A stretch of DNA of 64,000 bases, taken from NCBI GenBank assembly GCA_964057225.1, contig OZ059895.1, positions 8,618,001 through 8,682,000 on the forward strand, written 5' to 3'. The notes below the pieces were generated by a model, which was not told where the DNA came from, made no database searches, and saw only the letters and a list, made by a program, of their open reading frames with translations. Source of the stretch: Auanema rhodensis. Its lineage: Eukaryota > Animalia > Nematoda. A program made the position numbers and the translations under genes. This document shows, piece by piece, positions 14,459 through 27,317 of the stretch. How positions within the stretch are numbered: the stretch's first letter is position 1; each line of letters opens with the position of its first letter.

Positions 14459-15381
14459 ATGACAATTGGCGATTTCATGATGACACATCAATAAAATTGT
14501 CGGATATTCATGATCCGAACAATCTAAACGTCGAAATACTTTAGAAGATTGTCGACAATTCGTCACTTCAGATGATTTCGGTTTCGAGATACTTTCCACA
14601 ATCAACTTAGGCTATTTCACTCACTTTTTTTCATTTTTCTTTCCTTCTTTAATGGTTTTTATAAACTTTCATATTGATTTTGTTAATCGTACATATAGAA
14701 AATACTTAATTACTAAGTTGTTTCTAAAAAAAACTTTGTACTGACATAATCAAAATATTTTGTACTTTTTAAAGAATTTCTTTTGAAATAGGCTAAAGAT
14801 TGGTCTTATTAGATTAGAGCATATATATATATGTATATGTATGTAGATGTTATTGCCAATATTATTTTGATCGTTTCCATGTTTCAAGCATTTGTTTGCA
14901 AATTTCATCATTTAGAACATCGCTTTTACATAAAATACACATAATTCCTTATAATTGTAGCTATTTAAGATTATATTGAATTGCATTTTCTTCTTCCTGA
15001 CCGTTATTCCTTGGCCGTTTTGTGTGATATCACCCAATTTCTTTCCATTTTTTTTCCAACAAAACCTTCTCCTACAATGGTCTCGCTCAATTATGAATAG
15101 TTTATTCACATAGTATAACTTTTTTTTTAATTTATGCATAAATTACAATAATTCTTATTCACAAAACAAAATCCTTTTCCCTTTTTTTTTCTTTATTAGC
15201 TGCTAGTTTTCTTCCTGTGGATGACGTAGGCTTTTCTTATTTTTACTTCAATTCTTCTTTTGTTTTTCTAAATATTTTTTATTAATTATTATATTATTCA
15301 TTTAGTAAACTTTCTTTATATATAAAATATAAAGCTAATAAGCTAGTTTATTAATTGAAATAATACGGGAAAACCTCTAAT

Positions 15382-15412
15382 CCCCTGCCCTACACCCCCT
15401 CCCCCCAACCCC
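15382..15412 (-). other. G-quadruplex-forming motif
   Basis: The minus strand reads GGGGTTGGGGGGAGGGGGTGTAGGGCAGGGG (five G-tracts) between the convergent Smad and nhr-85 3' ends. Confidence 0.6.
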
Positions 15413-16778
15413 GGCCACGAATTGAGCTCCACATTTCACTTAAAGTTTTTAGGACGACGACATGTGAGTATGATTGACATTGAATCATCAGACTTATTCA
15501 ACATTAACAGCTTTAATTGCTTCAATATTTCCATTTTAAATAATAAAATCGAAAAAAATTTGTTACTTTCACTTCTTTTACCTTTTTCTTGAGCTAATCT
15601 ATGGGATTTTTCTTGTTTTGTTTTTATTTCAACAAAAAAAATCAATCAATAGTAAAATTATATTTTCAAAAGCTTTAATATGCTCATAGATAAAACATTC
15701 AAAATTAATATTTTCTATTCTGGCTGATATACAAATACAATCAATCATTACATCATTTCCATTTAGCTTTAAAATTATTATTTGATCCACATGATGCAAT
15801 TAATAAAATATTATTTTACATAATTGTTTGTTAAAATCAGAAAATCATCCCAATTATCTTTACCATTACAATTACTTTTCATTTTGTTGATCATCGTGTC
15901 TGTCGTGTGTACGTTAAGAAAATTGTAATTCTCAACGTTTAAATGATTTATTAATAAAAAAGTTTTAAATTTAATTTTCTTTTCAAGTTCAAACAATTTT
16001 TTGTGTGGAACACGAATTCAGAATAATGTAACGAACAGATATCAGCCTATGCTGGCCTTAAGGAGCAGATCCTAACATCATGTAGTGAAGTCATTTCTGA
16101 ATAATGTAGAATCTTTCAATACAATATAAGTTTTACTTTTGATGATATTTCTGTGATTTTTCCCCTCTGAACAACTACTTCAGAAAGTTCATTTCAATTA
16201 AGTTTTTGATATAAATTATAAAATGTAAATAATATATTTTCATTAATTATTTAAAAATTAATTAAAATATATTTATTTTTATATTTTTTAAAAACAAAAT
16301 ATATAAAATGTATATATTTATATGTATATATATATATATATATAAGATTATATGTATAATAATAGTATCGATACATAAGAAACAAACAAATATTCTCTGC
16401 AGAGCAAGTAGTCAAGATATGAGATACATGAATGATGAACCGAATGCAGATCAACGAGAAAACTGATGAAATATCAGAAGAAAAAACCGGAGATGAATGA
16501 TATCTAGATTGAGAATTAAAAATCTCCAGAATATTACATGTATATGTGAATCTTGAATTGAATTGAATTAATGTGAAATCATTATGAAACACTTTTGATA
16601 TGAAAGAATGAAATAATACTAAAGATACTAATAAATGATTATTTTGAATGAAGGAAATAACATTTGTTTAAATACAAAGAAATAATAGACAAAACAATAA
16701 TATATATATAAAGGAAGACCGTATGTATATGGAGTTATCAAATCATGATTGAGCTGAAGACTAACGTAGAAATTTCTT

Positions 16779-19700
16779 CTAATCACGAGCTGATGATGTT
16801 GCAGTTGTTACAACTTGATTTACAAGAGGAACAAGACCGAATAAGGATGCTGATGCTGCTGATGATGCTGATGATGTTGAAGATGGTGATGTGGTTAATA
16901 GCGATTCGTCTGATAGGACGTTGCGTTGAGGAAGATGAGATTCTGAGCGGCTGGATGAAGTCGATGGCGAAAGCAGTGGCATAACTGGCTTTTCCAATAG
17001 GCTCGCAATCGAAGAATGTCGTTCACGGAATGATCGTCTTGCTTCAGCATCACCAATACAACTTGCTGATCCGCTGCTACTGCTGCTGCTTGCTCCGCTG
17101 CAGCTTCCTCCATGTTGTCCATTTATGGGACATAAGCTGGAGCCATTCATGTCGGCGTTCACCAAAAGATTTGAGGATGTTGAATGATTTCTGTTAGCTG
17201 ATGGTGAATGCACAGATGGCTGATTCTGAATTATAAAGTTGGCATGATTGACGAGATGAATCTGGTTCTGCTGCTTAATAGAATGTCCTGTGGGTGTTAA
17301 AGGGTTACAGCCTGTCATAACGATGTTGTTGGAAGCTGTAGATGCAGCAGGAGCAGAAGATGGAGCTGTTGGCGTTGGAGGTGATGGTAAAGAGAGAGGA
17401 GTCAATGGTGCCGCTGGAGGAGCCGGTCGCAAGTATTCGTTATGCCAAGCACGAAGAGTACGAACATCAGCTAGTAGACTTGGAGCTAAGGTTAGAGTCA
17501 ATGGTCCGATGATTCGGGCCAAAAGCAACCAAACACGTTCAGATAATAAGTTGATGAGAGGAGAAGGATTAGATCCAGTTCCATTGGAGTTTGATTGATA
17601 GAGCTGATCCACACTTTGGCTATTCGGTTGAACAACGAAGACAGCAGCCAGAAGAGCTAATGCACTTGATGGTAATCCACGAATACGCTGACCGAAAGCA
17701 GCAATTGATTGTACAAGGAATGGACTGTTGGATAGGAATGAAGGTAAGCATTCAGCTCGATGGCTGTAAGCAACCAGCAGAACATCGAACACACAACTCT
17801 GTAAAAGAAATTATGAAGAAGGTATTATAGTTTAGTTAAATATATTATTGATTTATGAAATATTTAATGAATGTACCTTCAAAATTTGAATTCTCTCGCT
17901 CTGCATTAAGCATAAGAAACCAGGAATTGCATTTGCAAAATCAACAACAGCCTAAATTGAATAAAGTTTGAAACTTAAGTTTATAATCTAAAAGTTATTA
18001 CCTTAATAGCTACAAGATATGATGATAATTGTAAAGGACATTTTCCTGGTAAAGGTACTGTAATGACATCCAACTGAAAAAGAAAATTGAAATTAGAGGG
18101 AAAAATGATTTAAATCTTTTGAAACAACCGCTTTATATCGTGAATGACCTTCAATAATAATAAACTAAATGATTCACCTGTTGGATAAGCTGTTGAAAAG
18201 CTGCTTGAATTCGCTCAATAGCTTCATTCTCATTTTCAAATTGTACAGCCATAGCATCCAATTGAGATTGCGCAGATGTTCTTTGCATTTCCTCAACCAT
18301 CTTAGCTTTTTCACGTTTAGGAACTCGTCCAAATCGAACAGCTGAAATAAATAAAGATAATTATTCTTTTAAAGTAAAAACTATGAATGAAGACCTTTGT
18401 AAAGTAATCATTCTTCAATTTTTATTATATTTCTGTATAGAAATATATAGTTTTGAAGATTTTTTACAACTTTTTCAAGCTCAGATGTCTCAATATATTC
18501 ATTTTTTACAAGTTTTACTTGCTAAAACATATAATAATAAAATAAAAATATATAAGAGCTTATTGTTATAAACGAATAGTATACTTGAATGTTTTCTTTT
18601 AAAGTTAATTACTTCCTTATTTTCATATAATTTATATCCTTTTAATGATCTTTAATCATAATAAATCAAGTTTTTTCTTTTTCTTATTTATATTCTATAA
18701 AGCTTATTGCCAATGATAATCATTTCGAGGTCATCAAGATAATATGTCTTTTCTAAAGAAATATATAAGAAATAATATTTAATTATTTCATTTATAATTT
18801 TAAAAAAATCAAAAATCATTTATTATAATAATAATAATTATTATTATATTTTATAAATATAAATATATATTTCTATATTTGGCATATATTTTCTTTTCGG
18901 ACACTGATCTGTTAAAGTATTTCAGCAGTTTTTCCTTATTTCTTTTCTTCTCTCAGGCAAAGATAAAAACCTGCAGTTGGTGAGCGCCAAGAGACCCGGG
19001 AAATTTAGAAAAAAAAATATTTTTTTTTCTTTCAAATCTTAAAGTTCAATTTGGACGATTTTACTTCATGATGATGATGATACAAATGAAACAGAGTGCA
19101 TTGCTTTGAGTAAGACAGATCAGAGACAATAGAATGAACGAAATAAAATCCGGAGGAAGTGGTCCGTCTTGGGAATGTGAATGAAATGAAAAAAAAAAGA
19201 GAAAAACTTATCATAATCTATCTTAAAGATGATTCTATTTGACTTTTTTCTCATTTTTTGTTTTAAATAAATATTTTTCAATTAAAATATCTTTTTATAA
19301 GTAATAATATTATTCCCTATATATTCTTATACTATATATACATATAGTATATATAGTAAAATAAGATTTATATCTTTTACTGTGAGGGAAAACGACACAT
19401 TTCATGGAAAGCAATATATCTCGCGCACACATTTCAGATACTTTCATACAATTTCTTTTACATTCATCTATTAAATCATTTATTCTTTCATTCTTTATAT
19501 CCTCTTTCTCTTTCAGTATTTCTCTTTATATCTCTCCCTTGAAATGTCATTTTTCATTTCGTTTCCCTGTTCTTTGTCTTCACTCTTTTACCTCATATGC
19601 GTATAGCAAAGTGCAACATGTCTCCTAAATACAGACATCATTTGTTTATGGAAAGAATACAGGAAATAGGGAGAGATTAACGTATATTATAGATAGTTAT

Positions 19701-22700
19701 GACTATGAGAATCTGAAGATGGCAAAAGAATGGGAAAGACCACTGAGAACAAAGAAAATTTGTTGGAAACCGTTGAACTGTTGCTCGCGTTAGGTGGTCG
19801 CGATGCCAAATTTACTTTGATCCATCCGTTTGCCACTTTCATATAGTTTATTTCATCACTTGTCAGATGGCAATTTTAAAGAAAAAAAAAGTAAAATCTT
19901 TGATCATTTTCATTTCACGTAATGACACGTATAATCAAAGATACACGTGAGATGATCAAAATCATTTCATTTTGATTGTCTGAGTAGAACGGTTGTGCCA
20001 CTTTTTCTCGACTTAATCACATAATTTTTATTTTATACTATATGATTCTTCAAGAAAATTATACGTATAGTTAGAATCAATGTGTTTAGGATCAAACACG
20101 TGATATCATAACTGAATACATATGCAAAACTGTCAAAATCAAAAAATTGAGGTCATTTGACTGTTTAGAGTCATATGAGCGATAGACGATTTTGATTTTT
20201 TTCTTCGCCAATCTTAAAATTTAACCTTTGATGCAGTAAATGATTGAATTCAGATTTAAAAAAACAAAATCCTAATAGTAGCAAGGACATTGAAGACTAT
20301 TCATGGATAGGTTAGAACACCTCTTCATTGAGGGAATTCAATGCAAAAAAAATGAGAACGCGCAGCAATTTCATTCTTCCACTGTAACCTGATCAGAAAA
20401 AAATGAAGAAAAAGTGCATTTTTTCTAGAAAAATGTCTGTCCTTCATTTTTCATAATAAGATCGAAATATAATTATATACATATATATATTTATAATATT
20501 ATATAATATTATATATACTTGATTATAGAAAGACAGTATTTTTATTTTCAAATTAGGAGAATTTTGAAAAAGAAAAATCTAACGTACCATCACGACTCAT
20601 TCCAACTGAAATACATTTCTTTAAACGACAATATTGACATCGATTTCGATTATTACGAACAATCAGACATTCCTGAGCACGTGTACATGGACGATATTGA
20701 ATCTTCTGTTGAATACTTCTACGGAAGAAACCCTAAAGATACAAAAATTAACAAAATTTTTTTAGATTTTCGTTTCTTTACTATGTCTGTTGAAAAGAAG
20801 AGATTCAAGATATTTTTTACTCAAATGTCATTCTGTTTTGCACATTGCTAGGAGAACAAAGCAAGTGCAATAGAAGAGCAAGATAAAGAAAATGGAATCT
20901 GATGATTAACGGCTTTACCATCATGACATGTGAAAAGATACAGTTTATCCGAAAATACGAACAAAAAGAGACTTTGATGGTGGTCCACAGAAATTTCTTT
21001 CGATTTCATTACGATGAAATTATTTTTTGTTTTGTTTTTTTCATGAATTTGATCCATCATATGGAATTAAAATGATATACATACAGCTGTCACTCATCTT
21101 AAATTTTCTATATGAATCACATGAATTAGAGAAAATACTATATAAGTATATATTTTGTTTCAGAAAATCATATCTAGAGACATATGGCAAAAGTAAAAAA
21201 AATCAAAAAGAGTGTGGAAAAACGATTTTAAAACCGGTCAGATTAATGAATGAATGTAGATGGCATCAGTAAAAAAAAAGATGAACAGAAAAAGCTTTTT
21301 CATCTTGTTAAAACGTTAGAAAATCCGTTGTTAAACTGAATTATTTAATTAACATCAATCTTTTTTCATATTTTGAACAACTTCAAAGAAACAAAAAAGA
21401 TAAACATGATACTTCATCTAATGGACATTTATAAGATGTTATTCAACATCAAGGCTAACATGTATATGTTTCAAAGTCAAACTTGAACTGTGTTCTATCA
21501 ATACCAAATCAATATTTGTTTTTCATATATTGTATAAAGAATTATTTAACAAAAAAAAAAGAAAAACAACATACCTTACAACCTTCACAGGCAAAAACGC
21601 CATAATGAAATCCGCTGGCTCGATCTGAACACACTTGGCACATTAACGCAGTTGTAGTTCCAGAATTTGAAGTATCATCGGCACTTCCACCTGAAATAGA
21701 TAAGTATTCAATGTAAACATGGAAGAGCTCTTAAAACTTTGCGAGAAACTTAAATTATATAAATGTTTAGTTGCCATTCTCACACATGATATATAATTAT
21801 TATTTTAACGATATTGAAGATTATATTAAAAATCTTTATATATGATAAGGTTTTTGGAGATTTGTAGCTATATATGAACTTACATTCAATTGTATGTTTT
21901 CATGAATAAAGTTTCATATTGTTGATAATATGAAATGATTTTAGCCTTCAGAAATTCTTGTTTTGACGTCATTTAATGTTCGCACAGATAGTTTTTCAAA
22001 TCCGAAAAAAAAACTACTCGGAAGATAGATGAAAGCAGAAGTGAGAACATTGTATACAAGAAAAGATCATCAATTGTTGAACAGGCCCAAAAAGGGAAAC
22101 GAAGGAAGGCATATGTGGTAACTAAGCGAACATCGTCTTGGATGCCCTTCAATCTCATCGCCCAATCATTTCCGAAATGAACTATGATATCACTCTAAGT
22201 CAACGTCATCATTCCTTGTTGTCATGTTAAGTGTTTCTATCATTACTAGGTTGTTCATATAGAGGTAAATAAGTTATAAGCATGTTGCCAAGGTTGTTGA
22301 GGAAGAAAATTTGAAAATATTGTTTCCAGTATCACCTTGGCAAGTCACATGATGCTTCAAGTATGAAGTCTATGCTGTATGTTACAAAACAGATGTCGTA
22401 TATAGCTAATCGTGCCATCTAAACATAGATTGACATGGTATTGTCCAATAGTATTGGACAATGATCACGTCGTCGTCAGGTGTTGTAGTCTGGCGCCCTC
22501 GACATGATCGTCACCATCGCCGTTGACAGAAGAAGGTTTGTGGGGGAGTGGGTGGACGACATAAAGTTGAAAAACGAAATGAGAAGACCACCAAAGCAAA
22601 GTTGATTCAGATGCTAGAGACGAGACGGCAATGCGCACTACTACGATGTTGAGATGAGGCAGGCAAACGAGGCAGAATCCGATGGACAATGAACAACTAT

Positions 22701-25700
22701 GACCTTGGTTGTACAGACCCCCTTCTTTTCTTTCATGTCGTTTTTCTTTCTTGAAGAAAACTGAAAGAGAAGAGAGAAAGAGAGACTAAGGAAGTAAGAG
22801 AAACATAAAGTGAAAAGCAAGCTCACTTGAGGAGGTAGAGTCCCCGATGTGAAGTAGAAAATAACTAATTCCCCCACAGAATATGAAGATCATACAACTT
22901 TTCAAAATCACATGACGATATTCTCTACAAATATGCAAAAAATGTGTAAACGATAAGTCTATGGCATATGGTTAATACCATACGTTTTTGGCTTCATTGT
23001 GGACAAGGAGACAAACAATCTGTCATCGTCCTTTCTCTTTCTTTTCTCCTTTTCCCAGAATTATAATTTCATAATAAAACATTATGAAACCTTGCAGGCA
23101 TGAGCTATCATCATCACATATGATCATCCTGTCTGGAATTTTATTTTTTCAATTTGGTTATCTAGCTTGTCTACAATATACCATTCAATCATAACTCATA
23201 ACCTAACCCATATGTATCATTTTTGATAAAATTGAAAACAAATACGATAGTACTGGTTGAATTACTAGTAGACTTTAAGATTTTAAATAAAACACTTCCT
23301 TTCCTTCATAATTTTCTTTTGATCAACGGCTATTGCCTTTGTAATTTCTTCATTCCTCGTTACCTTTTCACCCATTTCATTCTATGTACACGCACTTTCC
23401 ATTTTGGTGGTTAAGATCTCGTTCTTATAATTTACTTTGATGATCTGGCATCAAGTTTTGTGGGTCCAAACTTGCAGAATATTTAGCTTCCCTGTTTCAT
23501 TCTGCACAGCAAGCAAAGCCATAAAGGGCATATGATTGTTGGAAACAGTACACTTTTGCTGATCATCAAGAGTGCCCGGAGGGGTTACTGGTTCAGAATG
23601 AGAGAGAATTTAAAATTAAAAAGTAGAAATGAAGGGAAAGAAATATTGAAGAAGAGAACAACTTGAAAAAAAGTACAAATTGCCTAACTTGAGTAGACCA
23701 TGTAGGTAAGCAAGTCTCTGCATCCGGAAACTTTAGTTCAGTTGACTGCCCTTTAAATGACCGTACATGACAGGTCGATAGATGGTCACGTTGATTATAA
23801 AAAAAATCCTTTAACTCCTCATAGGCAAAAAGAAAAAGCAAGCGTTGGATTCTATGATGTCATGCAAACTTTCGCTCAATCTTTCTGCCTATCTCCCTCT
23901 TTCTTTTGCTTTTCATCCCACAGAGGGGAAAAGGAAAGACTAAGACATCTCGCCCTAGTTCACCCTGACATTGACATTGAAAACGACCATGGAAGAAAAC
24001 GAAGCGAAAAAAATAAAGAAGGATGAGGATGAGAGAGAGAGTGAATGAGAGAGAGAACAAGAGAGAGAGAGAGAGAATGGGGAGAGAGAAAGGTGGAGGC
24101 AACTGTACCCATCCGTTTAACCGGTCTTAGACCTACATATTCTATTGCTATTCAGACTTTCTTTAACTTTGGCATTTAAAATCAGGGATTAAAATAATAT
24201 TGGTTTCCAACCCATGTTAACAAAAGATATGAGTTTTGGAACACTATTGGTTTAATGCTAGATTACAAGAAGGTAGAATAGTTATCAAACATCAATAAAA
24301 CTTTTCAAACTTGAAGTGGCATAAATCCCCAATAATTCAATATATAATAAATACAAAAATTGGTAAATGATGCCTTAAATATCAAGAAACTTCTTGTGCC
24401 CAGAAAACATTTTTGAAAATATAGTACTAAGGTGATAGAGTGAGTTGAAAATGAGAAAGTGAGAGAGCGCTGATACTACAGGGCATAAACAGTACCAAAT
24501 GTCAGAAAGGAATGCCTATACCAGAATGAGAATTACATTCAAATTGGAAGGCGACATAAGAGAGAAAGGAAAGAAAAAAAGAAAAACGGGAGAAGGTTAG
24601 CGAGAAAAGAATTGAAGGATGGACCCATAGCATCAGAACAAGAGCGAGCGCGACGAACGAAATCACGCGCCGACGTCGAGGCCGGTTAGAAAAGTCGGTC
24701 AAGTTCAACTTCTACTTATTTGTGATCGGCTAACGAAACGAAGATTACAGCTACAAGAATGACATGCTTAAAAAGCTTTCAGGTGAGAACGAATTTACTG
24801 TTCCAGAATAATCGAAAGATCAAGAACATAAATCAAAGATTCGAATAAATGGAAAGAACAATCGTTCTTTAAGTTCAAAAGGATATATGTAGAGTATAAA
24901 GCGAATGATAGACCATCTGAAGATTCAGAAAAGACAGCATATGTGCATATGTTGCCAACAACAGGATAAAAAACATGTGATCTTTCATCCACATTTGCCG
25001 ACCATAATCACGGAAATGAAGAAAAAGAGAATGATGAAGGCTACAAGAAGATGAGTCATAGCATATTCTTGAAATAGTAAATAGTGAAAACATACAATCG
25101 AAAATTATTTGAAATTAGTAAATATAGAAAACTTACATTTATCGGATGATGGCCCTGATTCTGATGGAGAATCTTCATTCGGTGAGTTCAGAACGAATGA
25201 ATGAATAGCTGATAGGAAGAAGCTATCAGACGATGGCACAATAGGCCGGAAGGCAGATTGATGATGTGGTTTTTGCATTATCAACAGATCATTGCCACCA
25301 TTTAGTGTATGACTGGAGACGGTTGAGTGTTGCAATGGAGAGGAATGATGATAAACAGCGGCAGCGGCAGAAGCAACGGCAGCATTAGAAGCTTGGCAAC
25401 TAAAATTGGACGAATTCGGTGAAAAAGCCGAAAGACCATTTGAGTTGTTGGGTGAACAAAATATCGAGCCATTAACATTGGCAACAGATGTATTTACAAC
25501 TCCAGGATTCAGAATAGCGACCATTCTCAGCATAGGGCTTAATGGAGAACCTGTCGAAGCCGCAGCGGCAGCGGCTGCTGCAGCAGCTACAGATTGCTGA
25601 GCTAACATGGCAGCAGCGGTAGCAGCAGCATTCGAAAAGCTGCTATCAGTAGCTCCAGATAGAGCGGAAACGAATGCATTTGTAGGTTGAAGTAGATGAG

Positions 25701-25812
25701 AAGAGGAGAGGTCAGAAGCAGAATTTCCAACATTCCTAGAATTAGAAGCGCCAGTTAAGCCCGCTGAATTCACAGATGCCGGAGCAAGCGGGACTGGTCT
25801 CGAGACCATCAT
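16779..25812 (-). CDS. nhr-85: Nuclear hormone receptor NR1D (E75/Rev-erb orthologue), ~755 aa
   Basis: Exons 25812-25137, 21690-21575, 20732-20588, 18341-18178, 18073-18002, 17951-17877, 17798-16779. [41 protein letters not shown]...[19 protein letters not shown]; LBD signature [24 protein letters not shown]; long Pro/Ser-rich tail. Confidence 0.93.
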
Positions 25813-25923
25813 GTTGACGGAGCTCAATAGTGACAAGTCTGCAGGGATGATGTAGAAGAAATCACGATAAAGCCAATGAGTAGCGTGCAGTGGACGCTAT
25901 TTCAGTGCTAGTTAATACGTGAG

Positions 25924-25933
25924 TACTAGGTCA
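25924..25933 (+). promoter_or_regulatory. RORE/RevRE-like monomeric nuclear-receptor site
   Basis: TACTAGGTCA (AGGTCA with a 5' A-N-T extension) ~115 bp upstream of the nhr-85 ATG; a partial match to the RORE consensus. Confidence 0.3.
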
Positions 25934-27317
25934 CACCAATAGAATAGAATGTCAGAGGGCAAATGAATACTATCTGGATTAGGTTCTAGGGGGTCTGAAT
26001 ACAGGACAGTTCAGAATCTGAATATATAAACAGCTCCTATGCAAATCGGAAAGATGTTTCTAGCGTATTTTGGTAATAGTATAGAAAGGGGAGCTGAACA
26101 GGAAGCGTGTAGGTGAAGAGAAGCTGGCTGGCGCGAATGCCAGTCGTCAACGACCGTCACTCGGCCCGCGCTCACACAAGGTCGTCGGTCCTAAGCCACG
26201 CCTCCATCCATCGTCCCCTCCCCTGGTTGTGGTGACAGCGATGATGATACAGAGTTGGCTATGGGTTTTTTGTGGCTGAGAGAGAGAAAGAGAAAATGTA
26301 AAAGAAGGAGAGAGGGAAAAAGAGAAAAAGAGAGAGACAACGAAGTATACAGAACATTAGGAACAGTGCATAGAAAGCAGGTTCATTGATACCGGACCCT
26401 AAGACCTACTGGACAGAGCAGGACGACGGAAAACACATACAATGGCTAAATTGCCATGTTGTTTCTAAGACCGTCTCCATAATTTGTTTCAAATGAAGCA
26501 ACAGAAATTAAAAGAAGAAGCTTTTGAAAATTAAGAGTAATAAAACTTTGCTAGCTGTTGTTCAGTAGGGAAACTATCATTCAACCGAAAGTTACAACAA
26601 ACCGGGAGGACCACAACTGATGCAGACACGCTTTCATAGAAGACACTATCGGGTTAACCCAACAACGAAAGTTTTTTATCACAAATGTGTGCTATATATG
26701 GGAGAGGGAAGTCAGAAATGAAAGGAATAAAATGACAAACACTCTCTGAAGAAGTTAAACGGTTAGACAACGAGTTGCCACAAACTTTCATTGCAGAATC
26801 ATGTGAGGATGAACACGTTACAAAGAACATTAATTTACGCCTTTCATTAATACATATCTATACAATTCTCCTATTTATACAAACAAAACCGCCTTAGCTT
26901 AATGGCTTACATGAAAACGAGTAAGCAAGTTCGTTGATGACTATGAGATATAAAAAAAATCTTTACAAGGTTTCGTTGTTGAAAACTCTACAACGACAAC
27001 TATCACAGATTTCGGATAAGTGCAGAAAAGACTAGATCACAAAGAGAGGACCAGAGATTATGAAAGGATTTTGAACAAATTATTTCGTCCTGGAAGTGCT
27101 AACGAAGTTAGAATAGACGCTATATAAGTTACAGTTTGACAGTAATTTTTTTGATTATTGCAGTGCGAGATAATGATTAAATGAGAAATAAATAAATATA
27201 AAGGAATGATTCTAAGAATTGTGGGTGAAGGAAAGTTTTCAGAGAAGCGATACGACCAAAACAGCAAAATAGCTGTATTCCCAATACTAAATATACTATT
27301 AATGCATAGATTTATAA

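Noticed and set aside
18129-18148. Possible 20-nt micro-exon in nhr-85 intron 4
   Set aside because: It would need a 29-nt intron and would break the frame; the flanking exons join in frame without it.
23153-23167. 15-nt match TTTGGTTATCTAGCT to mature miR-9
   Set aside because: The seed differs (ATTTGGT versus CTTTGGT) and there is no complementary arm to form a pre-miRNA; probably chance.
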